Positions 52,385-64,000 of a stretch of DNA of 64,000 bases are shown one piece after another. The position numbers were made by a program, and so were the translations under genes. The stretch covers positions 58,094,001 to 58,158,000 of the forward strand of contig NC_043002.1 of assembly GCF_006345805.1 (NCBI RefSeq), read 5' to 3'. Every line of letters begins with the position of its first letter. The stretch's first letter is position 1. This DNA is from Octopus sinensis. Its lineage: Eukaryota. The notes under the pieces were generated by a model. It saw only the letters and a program-made list of their open reading frames with translations, did no database searches and was not told where the DNA came from.

Positions 52385-53464
52385 AGAACAAGGATATCCA
52401 GAGGTAATGAAGAACGATTGTTTCATTCCACTCTATATTAATTGAACAATGCAATCATTATATCAATTTAAAATGCAGAGCTATCTTCAGCTTCACAAAG
52501 ACAGAATTTAATTAAATTAGAACAGATGGACACATTAGTATAATTATACCTAAAATATCCAAGAAGTTAAGGAGATGGACAAAGAACATGCTGTCTTACT
52601 CGAGCATAGAAGTTACTAAGCTTTTCAAGAAGATATACATTGTTACAGACTCTGCCTGTCACTGATTTTTGTTTTTATGGGGTCAGTTATGATTTATAGA
52701 CTAGTTTATCAAAACTCTTGTATATCTAAGGCTGAAAGAACAGAGGGCGGTATCCATTAGGGGGTAGGGCTAAGGGAAATGACAGACATTATAGTTGGTA
52801 TAGTCATAAAAATCAAAATTTATTAGAAGCAATATCATGAGGTTTGGTAAAGGAAAACTTAAAACAAGATGTTAGCTGACAATTAAGTGGGTCGCCCAAT
52901 AGCAGACCATTGATAATGGAACGGGGGAAGTCTTATCATGTTGTACTATAGTTAAATATTTTAAACAATGTTGCTATATTGTATACAGTTAAAGTTTAGG
53001 GCTATTCAGAGGATTATTAAGAATATTATAACAAAAGGATAGAAATTTATTAATACTTTTGAGTATATACCAAACTTTTACCACAATAGAGGGAAGAAAA
53101 GAAATTGTCCAGAAACAGTTTAATATTTATACATATTGTACACTTAAATACAAACTCATCAGATGGTATCTGTGAATATTGATTAATTGGTATATGCTGG
53201 TGTTAATAAAGGAGTATTCTTGAAAAACTGAGTAACGTCTATGCTGGAGTAAGAACAGCATTTTCTTTGTCTATCTCCTTAACTTCTTGGAGATTTTACA
53301 TATAATTACGCTAATGTGTCCATCTATTCTAATTTAATTAAATTCTATGTCTTTGTGCAGTTGAAGATTGCTGTGTATTTTAAAGTGATGTAATAATTAC
53401 ATTGTTCAATTAAATAGAGTGGCAAGAAACGATTGTACTGCATTACCTCTGGATATCCTTGTTG

Positions 53465-53465
<1 letters not shown>
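52385..53465. repeat. Fold-back structure: diverged ~260-bp inverted arms around a degraded, possibly RT-derived core
   Basis: 52385-52640 is the reverse complement of 53210-53465 (roughly 85 percent by eye). The core on the minus strand has NGLLLGDPLNC, resembling the RT G..QGDPLS motif. Confidence 0.65.
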
Positions 53466-53560
<95 letters not shown>

Positions 53561-53594
53561 TGTATGTATGTATGTATGCATGCATGTATGTATG

Positions 53595-53625
<31 letters not shown>

Positions 53626-54269
53626 CAGATTGGAAAGTTATACATCCTCAAACACTTGTATATTTACAATAACACATACAAATTATTCACTCTATACATG
53701 CGTCCAACACCTATTTCTATGGCATAGATATGCTAGGATGTGACATTCTGTTGCAGACTGTTGGTTCAATTGCATCATAACTTCAGTCACGCTTATACGT
53801 ATCAATGCATGTTCATTCAAGGTTTTAGCACTAAGAGCATTTGAAACGAATCGATGATATTCGGTTTTTGATATTTTAATTTTAGGTATAACTTAGGTGG
53901 GGGTATGTGTGTGTTTAGTCTAGAAGATAGCGGAAATTCTTGTGGAATACGGTGTGTCAATAAGGTCTTGTCTTTTAAGCCTAGAATGACCCAAAGGTTT
54001 TAAATATCATGACAATAGACTTAGTAGTCAGAGAATTGTTAACTGGGTAAAGAAACGTTTTGCTCACGAACCACATATGGTAGAGATAGAAAGAATTTTC
54101 AGGAAAAATGAACGAAGAGTAATTAAGAGAGTTGGAAATATATGAAATTCAACAAAAGAGGTATGGAGTTAACATTTAGATTGATAACATTTAACTATGG
54201 TAAGTCTACTATTATAATCAAGGCAATTCTTCCATAAGTCGTTATGTCAGTGTTGTTATATTAAAAATG

Positions 54270-57200
54270 CAGCATGGTTGAAATATGTTGAAGTAGAAGG
54301 GCTCAGGAAGAGGTTTAGTTCATAGGTACTGCTTACGGAAATTTAGCATGTTACTTCAGAGACTAAAGGAATAATTATAGGATTGACTGAATGAAGGAGT
54401 AATACCAGCTTCAATGATTAGCGGAGGGGGAGCGCGCCTTAAAAAAGAAAAACCAAAGGCTAATATAGCTAGTTCAAAGGTCCTGGTTACCGAAATTTAG
54501 CATCTTACTTCGGGGGGGGCTGAGTGAAAAGTTTCCAAAGTAGAAAGGTATTTAGTCACTTCAGTAACACCACTTCATTGCCATTGGTGTGAACGCTATT
54601 AACAGGAATACTCTCAGAAAGCAGTTACGAGCATCTTGACAACCAGAATTTGTTGCAAGAAGGAAAGGGTTGCTACACCATTAAAATATTCATGAAAAAT
54701 TTGTTTCCAACTTTACAAAATCCTTTAGATGAATACCTACTCAAAATGTCCAATGGTGTCGAAAGTCACTCTCTTTATTCTTCACATCACAACTAAAAGA
54801 GTTTTCACCAATGAAATTAAAAACCTGTTGAGTAGATAGAAGGAGGACATCGATTATGATGCTAATTATAAAAAAGATTATTAAAGTTTTATAAATATGA
54901 TATTAAACCACTTTTCTTTCTTACTCAAAATTCGGATATTACTTATGGGATGAAGAGATACATCTGTTAGTTTGGTATGAGGTCAGTTATTTCCCTTCTA
55001 CTACATATAGTTAGGTTCTTTGTCATGTTCGCTCGATATTGGACAACCGAGCATATAGATAATCTGACTATATTCATTTGAGTATCTTTCCACAAAACAA
55101 GTAATAGTGTAGGAGTGGAAGTGGAACAAGTAAGTGTTGCTTTATTGTTGGTGGGGTAGAGGACATTATTGTCATCCCTTCTCCAATAGACGTACTTGGA
55201 GAGGTTTTGGGTTTGATAACTCAGAACATCTGTTTATTATTGTTATTGAGTTGCATTGACATCAGATCTGTAACAGGAAAAATCTTAAAGTTTGCTTGTT
55301 TATTGGCAGCCAATCTCTCTATATATCCATACAGGATTTACAGCCAAATAAATGGTGTAGAAGAAAGTACTGAAAGGGAGAAAACCCACTGACGAAGCTA
55401 GAGAGTTGTGGAGTAGTATTTGATATAATCCAGTTAAACATAATGGAGATGCAGCATAGTTAAAGAAACTAAAGGATGAGGTTGTTAGTGGGAAACAGCC
55501 AGATCTAAAACTACATAGATTTAGTTTAAAGGTCTGGTTAAAGGAATTTAGTATTTTACTTCGGGGACTGAGGGAGGAATTTCAGTTTTGAAGGAATGGA
55601 GTAGTTATACCACCTTGGACGTTTTATAGGGAGAACAGTACTCGTTATTGAAGGCAAATGCAAGGCTAATGTAGCTAGTAGTTACATATCAGTCACTGGA
55701 TTACAATCAGTGTGGAAGCTGTTAACAGGGATGCTTTCAGAAAGCATTTCCGAGCATCTTGACAACTGGAGAATTGCTGCAAGAAAAACAGAAATGTTGC
55801 AGGATAATGATTTTTAAGAAAACGTTTTTTTTTTTTGAAGCTTCCAGAATGCTTAAGATAAATTAGTACTCAAAAGGAGCATGGGTATCGGACGTGACCT
55901 CACTTTCTTCTTCACATGAAAACCAAATGAGATTTTTTTTAATGAAATTGAAAATCTGATCAGTAAATACAGGCAATTCATGAGCAATGATGCTAATTAT
56001 TAAGAGGATGATTAAAGTTTAATAAAATGTGAGATTAAATCAATTTCCTTTCTCAACCATAATTCGAATATTGTTTATTAGATGACCTGATACATTTACT
56101 ACAGTTTGGGTTAAGGTCAGTTATTTACATCTTCCTACAAATTCTAGTCCCATGGTGTATTCCCTCGATAATGGCCAATCAGTCATATATAATCCGACCA
56201 TATTCATTTGTGTTTCCTTCCACAAAACTAGTAATTGTGCTGTTGGTTTAATCCTATTTCTCATTTTTACCCTGCAGTAGGTTTGCAGGTGACTCCAGTA
56301 AGCGTTGCATTATTGTTGGTGGGGTGGAGGACATTATTGTCTCCCTTTCTCCAACAGACGTATGCAGTCATGTTTTCTATTTGATAACTCAGAACATTCT
56401 GTTTATTATTGCGCTGGTGATGAATTGCATTGACATCAAATCTGTGGAGAGGAAACCTCTTAAAGCTTAGTGGTTTATTGCCTGCCAATCTCTCTAGAAG
56501 TTCAATCGGGTTTTACAGCCAAATAAATAGTGTAGAAGAAAGTACCGAAGATGAGAGAACTTAATTCAGAAGAAACCAGAGAGTTGTGGAGTAATAATGG
56601 AAATGCAGCATTATTAAAGAAAGTAAGGAAAGAAGTTATCCGTGGGAAGCAGCCGAATCTAAAAGTAAATAGTTCATTAATGAGTAAAGTGTTATGAAAT
56701 ATTCTGAATTAGATGGGCCAGGGACAGATTTACCTCAAAGGTTCTGATTCCAGATTTTCAGTAGCTTACATGAGGGCCTGCTGCAAAAATTTCAGGATTA
56801 AATTTCGATGATTAAATGGAGAGCAGTATTCCTTATTGAAGACAAACGCAAACTAATTTAGATAGTAATTATGGATGAGTTAATTCATTGCCATTGGTGT
56901 GGAAGCGATTAAACAGCAATGCACTCAAAGATCATTTACGAGCACCTTGACAACCACAAGTTGTTGCAAGACGACGAAAATACAACATAATGATATTCAT
57001 GAAAACTTTGTTTCCAAGCTTACAAAATCCATTAGATCAATTAGAACTCAAAAGGACCAAGCATGTCGAAAATGAGCTCACTTTCTTCATTGACATCACA
57101 ACTAAAACAGTTTTCACCAATGAAATTAAAGTCCTGTTGAGTAGATGGAAGATGGACATCGATTATGGTGGTTATTATAAAAAAGACGATTAAAGTTTGA

Positions 57201-60200
57201 TAAAATATGAGATTAAATCACTTCTTTAGTTACCTAAAATACTCATATTGCTTATAGGATGACATTATAGATTTGCTTGTTTGGTATAAGGTCAGTTATT
57301 TCCCTTCTTCTACATAAATTTAAGTTCTTTGTTATATTCACTCGATATTGGCCAGACAGTCATATATAATCTGATCATATTCATTTGAGTATCTTTCCAC
57401 AAAACTAGTTATAGTATAGTTGGCCTATGGCATTCTCTCGTCTTAAAATTTGCAGGTGGCCACAATAATCGTTGCAATATTATTAGTGGTGTGGAGGACA
57501 TTATTGTCTTCATTTCTCCAACAGACATTTGAGGTCGTTTTTTGTTTTTGATAACTAAGATCATGTGTTTATGATTACTCTGGTGTTAAGTTACATTTAC
57601 ATCAAATCTGCGGTTAGGAGACCTCATAAAGCTTAGTTTTTTCTTGTGTGTCAAACTCTCTATATGTTCATTCAGGTTTTACATCCAAATAAATGGTGGA
57701 GAAGAAAGTACTAAAGATGAGAAAACTTAATGCAGAAGAAGCTAGAGAGTTGTGAAGTAATATTTGGGATAAGCCAGTAAATCATAATAGAGTTGCAGAA
57801 TGGTTAAAGAACTGAGGGAAGAAGTTGTCAGTTGGAAGCAGCCAGTTCTAAAACTAAATAGATCATTAATGAGCAAAGTTTTAGGAAATATGCTGAATTA
57901 GATGGTCCAGGAAGTGATTTAGTTCAAACGTTCTGATTACAGAAAGTTAGTACCTTACTTGAGGGACTGAGGGAATAATTACAAGATCCAATGTATGGAC
58001 TAGTAATAATGGATGATTAGAGGGGCATCACTGCTTCTTATTTAAGACAAATGCAAAGCTAATATTGCTAGTAATTATAGATTAGTCATGCGCTTACTAA
58101 CAGTGTGGAAGCTACTAGCAGCAATAACCACAGAAACCATTTACGAGTACCTTCACAACCAGAATCTGCTGCAAGAAGAAAAGAAATGGTGCAAGATAAA
58201 AATATTCATGAAACATTTGTTACGAAGCTTACAGAATCATTTAGATGAATTAGTACTCAAACGGCACGAGCTTGTGGAAAGTGACCTTAATTTCTTCTTC
58301 ACATCACAACTAAAAGATTTTTCAAAAACAAAATTAAAATTCTGGTTAGTAGACAGCAGGAAGACATCGATAACGATACTAATTACACTGGGCAACAGCC
58401 AATTTCCATCAGGGATATTATACGGTGTTTTGTATGTAGTTTTGTTAACAGTTTTCAAAAATGTAATCGGTTTCCTTCTATCAGGCACAGTTTTTTCTGA
58501 TGAGATTAGAGAGGCATATAACTCCCATCTGCAGTATCGCTACACGTTAACGTTTTATACAGGTACATGCTGATTTCTGTTTTGTAACTATTTCTATTCA
58601 TTTTGTAATTTTATGTTTTCATAATCTTTACTTTTCATAAATTTTACTTTCTGTTTAAGATCCCAAGTCATCATCATCATCAAATGGATTAAGGGATTGG
58701 CTAAATAAGAGGAAGAGAGCAATGCCGTTTGCAATACCTATGGTATAGAGAGAGCCAAAGGATCATTTCATGGACTGTTATTTCTGTAACGTTAATAATG
58801 TATGTGGGTTTACTGTAAAGACCAAGTATAAGATTGTGTATCCCAACTTGGAATCAGCAAGAAGACCAGTGCCACACAACGATGATGATCTTCCTATTCC
58901 AATACCACAAGAAAATAGCCTTCAGATGTCTGACGAAGATATATTTCTTGAAGAAAATACTACTGCTGTGGAAGACACCAAATTGGATGCAGATTTCAGG
59001 ATTGAAAATGAAGACGTACCACAGAAATTTTCTCAGGGAGAGTTAAATGATTTAGTTAGAGACTTGTCATTGTTGAAGGATAAAGCTGAACTCGCCTACA
59101 AGAAGAGTGTCTGCTTAAGAAAGATGTTTATATTACTCATTTCAGGAAGAGAAATAGGATCTGACTTCATGCTTCTCTGTTGATGGACCACTTTGTTTCA
59201 GTAATAACACTGATGAGTTATTTTGCTATTTGTTCCAAGAGCATGTTCCAGCTTAATGGCACTTTTTCATTGATTCATCTAAGAGAAGCCTCAAGGCAGT
59301 ACTACTACACAACGGCAATAAATTTTGCTTTCTGTTTAAGATCCCAAGTCATCATCATCATCAAATTCTACTCAGGATGTGAAGGAATAGCAAGAACAGT
59401 CCTGATATATTTTGTCATGTCTGTGATTCATTTACCACCAAAGCTCATCAACGTGCCATCACAAGTGAAATCAAGATCTACCAGTTATACTTTGGATGCT
59501 TTCTCGAGGATCAAGATAAGAGTTGGGTCCTGCATATCATCTGCTCAGCTTGTTCAAATGGATTAAGGGATTGGCTAAATAAGAGGAAGAGAGCAATGCC
59601 GTTTGCAATACCTATGATATAGCGAGAGCCAAAGGATCATTTCATGGACTGTTATTTCTGCAACGTTAATAATGTATGTGGGTTTACTGTAAAGACCAAG
59701 TATAAGATTGTGTATCCCAACTTGGAATCAGCAAGAAGACCAGTACTACACAATGATGAAAGCTAGTAATTATAGATCAGTCACTTGTGGAAGCTGTTAA
59801 CAGCAACGCTCTCAGAAAGCATTTCCGAGCATCTTGACAACCAGAATTTGCTGCAAGAAGAAAATGAATGCTACAATATAATATTCTTGAAACATTTCTT
59901 TCGAAGGTTACAGAATGCTTTAGATGAATTATTACTCAAAAGGCGCAGGCGCGTCGAAAGTGATCTCCCTTTCTTCATCACATCACAGCCAAAAGAGTTT
60001 TTTTTAATGAAATACAAAATCTGATAAGTAGATGGAAGGAAGTCATTGATAATCATGGTAATTATAAAAAAGGATGATTAAATTTGATAAAATGTGACAT
60101 TCAGTCGGTTTTCTTTCTTACTGCTTATTAGATGACCTGATACATTTGCAACAGTTTGGGTGAAGATCAGATATTTACATTTTCCTACAAATGGTAGCCC

Positions 60201-63200
60201 CCCGATATTCGCTAGTCAGTCATATATAATCTGACCATATTCATTCGTGTATCGTTCCACAAAACTAGTAATAGTGTTGTTAGATTATGGCATCTTCCCA
60301 TCGTTAACCTTGCAGTAGGTGTGCAGGTGGCACCAGTAAGCCTTGCATTATTATTGGTGGGGTGAAGGATATTATTGTCTTCCTTTCTCCAATAGACGTA
60401 ATTGGTCGGGTTTTCGATTTGATAACTAAGAACATCTGTTTATCAATGCGCTGGTGTTGAATTGCATTCACATCAAATTTATGGACTGGAAAAATCTTAA
60501 AGTTTATTTGTTTATTGCCTGCCATTCTTTCTATATGTTCATTCAGGCTCTACAGCCAAAACAAAATGATGTAGAAGAAAGTACTGAAAATAAGAAAACG
60601 TTATGCAGAAGATCGGAAATTGTAGAGTAATATTTGGTATAAGCCAGTCAACCATAATTAAGATGCAACATGATGCATACTGGGGCGACCTCCACGCGTA
60701 TAGCAGGGGTGAAAATAGGAAACTGAATTAAACCAACAGTACTATTACCAGTTTTGTGGAAGGAAACACAAATGAATATGATCAGATTATATATGTCTGA
60801 CTGGTCAATATCGAGGGAATTCATCAAGGGGCTACAATTTGTAGGAAGAAGAAAACGACTTATCTTAACAATTACTTTCAATTCTTACCCAAAATATATT
60901 ACTTAGATATTACTTAGTAGCTAACCCGATACGTTTGCTACAGTTTGGATTAAGGTCAGTTATTTACTTCTTACAAATTCTAGTCTCTTGGTGTACTCCC
61001 TCGATATTGGCCAATCAGTCATATATAAGCTGGCCATATTCGTCTGTTTCCTTCCACAAAACTAGTAATAGTGCTGTTCGTTTAATTCAGTTTCCCCTTT
61101 TTACCCTGCAGTAGGGGTGAGCCCAGTAAGCGTTGCATTATTGTTGGTGGGATGCAGGACATTAATGTTTTCTTTCTTCCAACAGACGTATGCAGTCATG
61201 TTTTCTATTCGATAACTCAGAACATCTGTTTATTGTTGCGCTGGTGATGAGTTGCATTGACATCAAATCTGTGGAGAGGAAATCTCTTAAAGCTTAGTTG
61301 TTTATTGCCTGCCAATCTCTCTAGAAGTTCTATCAGGTTCTACAGCCAAATAAATTATGTTGGAGAAAGTACTGAAGATGAGAAAACTTAATTCAGAAGA
61401 AGCTCCAAAATTGTGGGGTAATATTTGGTATAAAACAGTCAATCATAATGGAGATGCAGCATGGTTAAAGAAACTGAGTGAAGTTGCCAGAGCTGAAACT
61501 AAATCGTTCATTAATGAGTAAAGTGTTAGGAAATATGCTGAACAGATTTAGTTCAAATGTACTGGTTAAAGGAATTTAATATCTTACTTGAGCGTCTAAA
61601 GGGTACAATTTCAGATTTGAATGAATGGAGTAGTAATACCAGCTTGGATGATTAGAGGCAGAGCAGTATTCCTTATTGGAGTAGTAATAGTGCTGTTAGC
61701 CCATGGCATTTTCCCATTTTTTAACTTGCAATAGGAGTTTGAGGTAATCCCAGTAAGCTTTGCATTATTGTTAGCGAGGTGGAGGACATTATTGTCTTCG
61801 GTCAACTTTGCCTTTCATCCTTTCGGGGTCGATTAAATAAGTACCAGTTACGCACTGGGGTCGATGTAATCGAATCAATACATATGTCTTTCCTTGTTTG
61901 TCCACTCTATGTTTAGCTCCTTGTGGGTAATAAATAAATACATTTCTCCACCAAACGTAATTGGTTGAGTTTTCTATTTGACAACTAAGAACATCTGTTT
62001 ATTATTGTGCTGGTGTTGAGTGACATTGACATCATACCTGTGGACAGAAAAAGCTCAAAGTCTGACTGTTTATTGCCTGCCAAAATCTCGATATGTTCAT
62101 TCAGACTTCACAACCAAATACATGGTGTAGAAGAAAGTACTGAAAGTGAGAAACCCTTATATGGAAGAAGCTAGAGATTTGTGGAGTAATATTTGGGATA
62201 AGTCAGTCAATCATAATGGAGATGCAGCATGATTAAAGAAAGTAAGGGAAGACGTTATCAGTGGGAAGCAGCCGGATCTAAAACTAAATAGTTCATTAAC
62301 GTGTAAAGTGTTATATGAATTAGATGGTCCAGGAACAGATTTAGTTCAAAGGTACTGGTTAAAGAAATTTAGTATCTTACTTGTGAGACTGACACAATAA
62401 TTTAGGATTCAAGGAGGGGGAACAATACTCCTTATTAAAGACAAAAGCAAGGCGAATATAACTTGTAATTATAGACCAATCACCTGCTTTCTGACAGTGT
62501 GGAAGCTGCTTGCAGCGATTATATTAGAAAGCCTTTTTGGAGCACCTTCACAATCAGAATTTGATGCAAGAAGAAAGGGAATGCTGCAGAAAGATTATAT
62601 TCACGAAACATTTGTTTCCAGGCTTACAGAACCCTTTAGATGAATTAGTACTCAAAAGGAGCATGGCTGTCGAAAATAACTTTCTTCTTCACACCGAAAC
62701 CAAAAGTGCTTTCACAAATGAAATTTAAAATACGATGTGTAGTTAGAAGGAAGTCATCGAGAATGATGCTAATTATTAAAAGGATGATTAAAGTTTGATA
62801 AAATGTGAGATTAAATCACTTTCAATTCTTACCCAAAATTTGGATATTATTCGAATTATTACATGACCTGATACATCAGCTACGGCTTGAGTTAAAGTTA
62901 TATATATAATCTGATCGTATTCACTTATGTTTCCTTCCACAAAATTAGTAATTGTGGTCTGGGCTTATGGCATTTTCCCATTGTAAACCTTGCAGTAGGA
63001 ATGGAGGTGGCCCCAGTAAGCGTTGCATTATTGTTGTTTAGGTTGAGGACATTATTGTCTTCCTTTCTCCAACAGTACTAATTGGTCAAGTTTTCTATTT
63101 GACAACTAAGAACATCTGTTTATTATTGAGCTGGTGTTCTGTAGCATTGTCTTCAAATCTGAGGAGAGAAAAATCTACATTTTTGGCTGTTTATTGCCTG

Positions 63201-64000
63201 ACAAAGTCTCTATATATTGATTCACGTTTTACTGCCAAATGTATAATGTTGAAGAAAGTACTGAAGGTGAGAAATCATAAAGCAGAAGAAGCGAGAAAGT
63301 TGTGGAGTAATATTTCGTATAAACCAGTTAATAATAATGGAAATGAAGCATGGTTAGAGAAAGTAAGGGAGGAATTTATCGGTGGGAAGCAACCAGATCT
63401 AAACGTAAATAGTTCTTTAATGAGTAAAGCGTTGGGAAATATGATGAATTAGATGGGCCAGAAAGAGATATAATTCAAAGGTACTGGTTACAGGAGGGTC
63501 TGTGGGAAAAATTTCAAGATTGAGTGAATGGAGTAGTAATACGAGCTTCGATGATTAGAGGGAGAGCTGCATTACTTATTGAAAACAAACGCAAGTCTAA
63601 TATAGCTAGTAATTAGGGACGGATCACTTCATTACTATTGGTGTGGGAGCTGTTAACTCCTTGACAACCAACATTTGCTGCAAGCGAAAAGGAATGATAC
63701 AACATAATAATATTCATGAAACATTTGTTTCGAATCTAACAAAATCCTTCAGATGAATTAGTACTCCAAAGGCTCGAGTCTGTCGAAAATGACCTCTCTT
63801 TCTTCTTCACATCACAACTAAAAGAGTTTTCGCCAATGAAATTAAAACCTGTTGTGTAGATAGAAGGAGGACATCGATTAAGATGTTAATTCTAAAAAGG
63901 ATGAAGAAAGTTTGATATTGGCCAGTCGAGTATATATAATCTAAGCATATTCGTTTGAGTTTATTTCCATAAAATTAGTAATAGTGCAGTTGGCTTATGG
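54270..64000. repeat. Second copy of the chimeric ~1.15-kb unit array
   Basis: Unit-by-unit match to 35400-43760, including the Chapaev3 and SINE insertions. Confidence 0.9.
58386..59757 (+). mobile_element. Chapaev3 fragment with internal rearrangement and partial duplication
   Basis: TTA|CACTGGGCAACAG start. DCYFC...YPNLESARRPVPH...FSQGELNDLVRDLSLLKDKAEL and WHFFIDSSKRSLKAVLLHNGN (59275-59320), then a restart of the N-terminal coding part. Confidence 0.85.

Overview
Repeat-dense, AT-rich eukaryotic DNA. The SINE families and (TA)n/(GATA)n/(TAA)n microsatellites look like an octopus or other coleoid cephalopod genome (inference from recognition, no database search). I found no host protein-coding gene, rRNA, tRNA gene or CRISPR array that I can support. 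Bases 1-24.6 kb are a mosaic of R4/Dong-like, Tx1-like, RTE and CR1/L2 LINE remnants, tRNA-derived SINEs, mariner and MITE pieces, and Penelope-like element (PLE) termini. From about 24651 onward the window is a tandem segmental duplication of about 20-21.7 kb: copy A 24651-46334, copy B 46335 to beyond 64000. Each copy carries an array of about 1.15-kb chimeric units built from an R4/Dong RT fragment, a mariner C-terminus with its right TIR, and an antisense Penelope GIY-YIG tail. Other notable features: several PLE-type hammerhead ribozyme motifs (one canonical, three with variant cores), microsatellite-flanked LINEs (TAA for R4/Dong-like, GATA for Tx1-like), reiterated 5' junctions on both young R4/Dong copies, a full-length irritans-type mariner, Chapaev3 fragments and a near-identical 847-bp tandem triplet. 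Coordinates of degenerate elements are approximate, and identities are estimated by eye.
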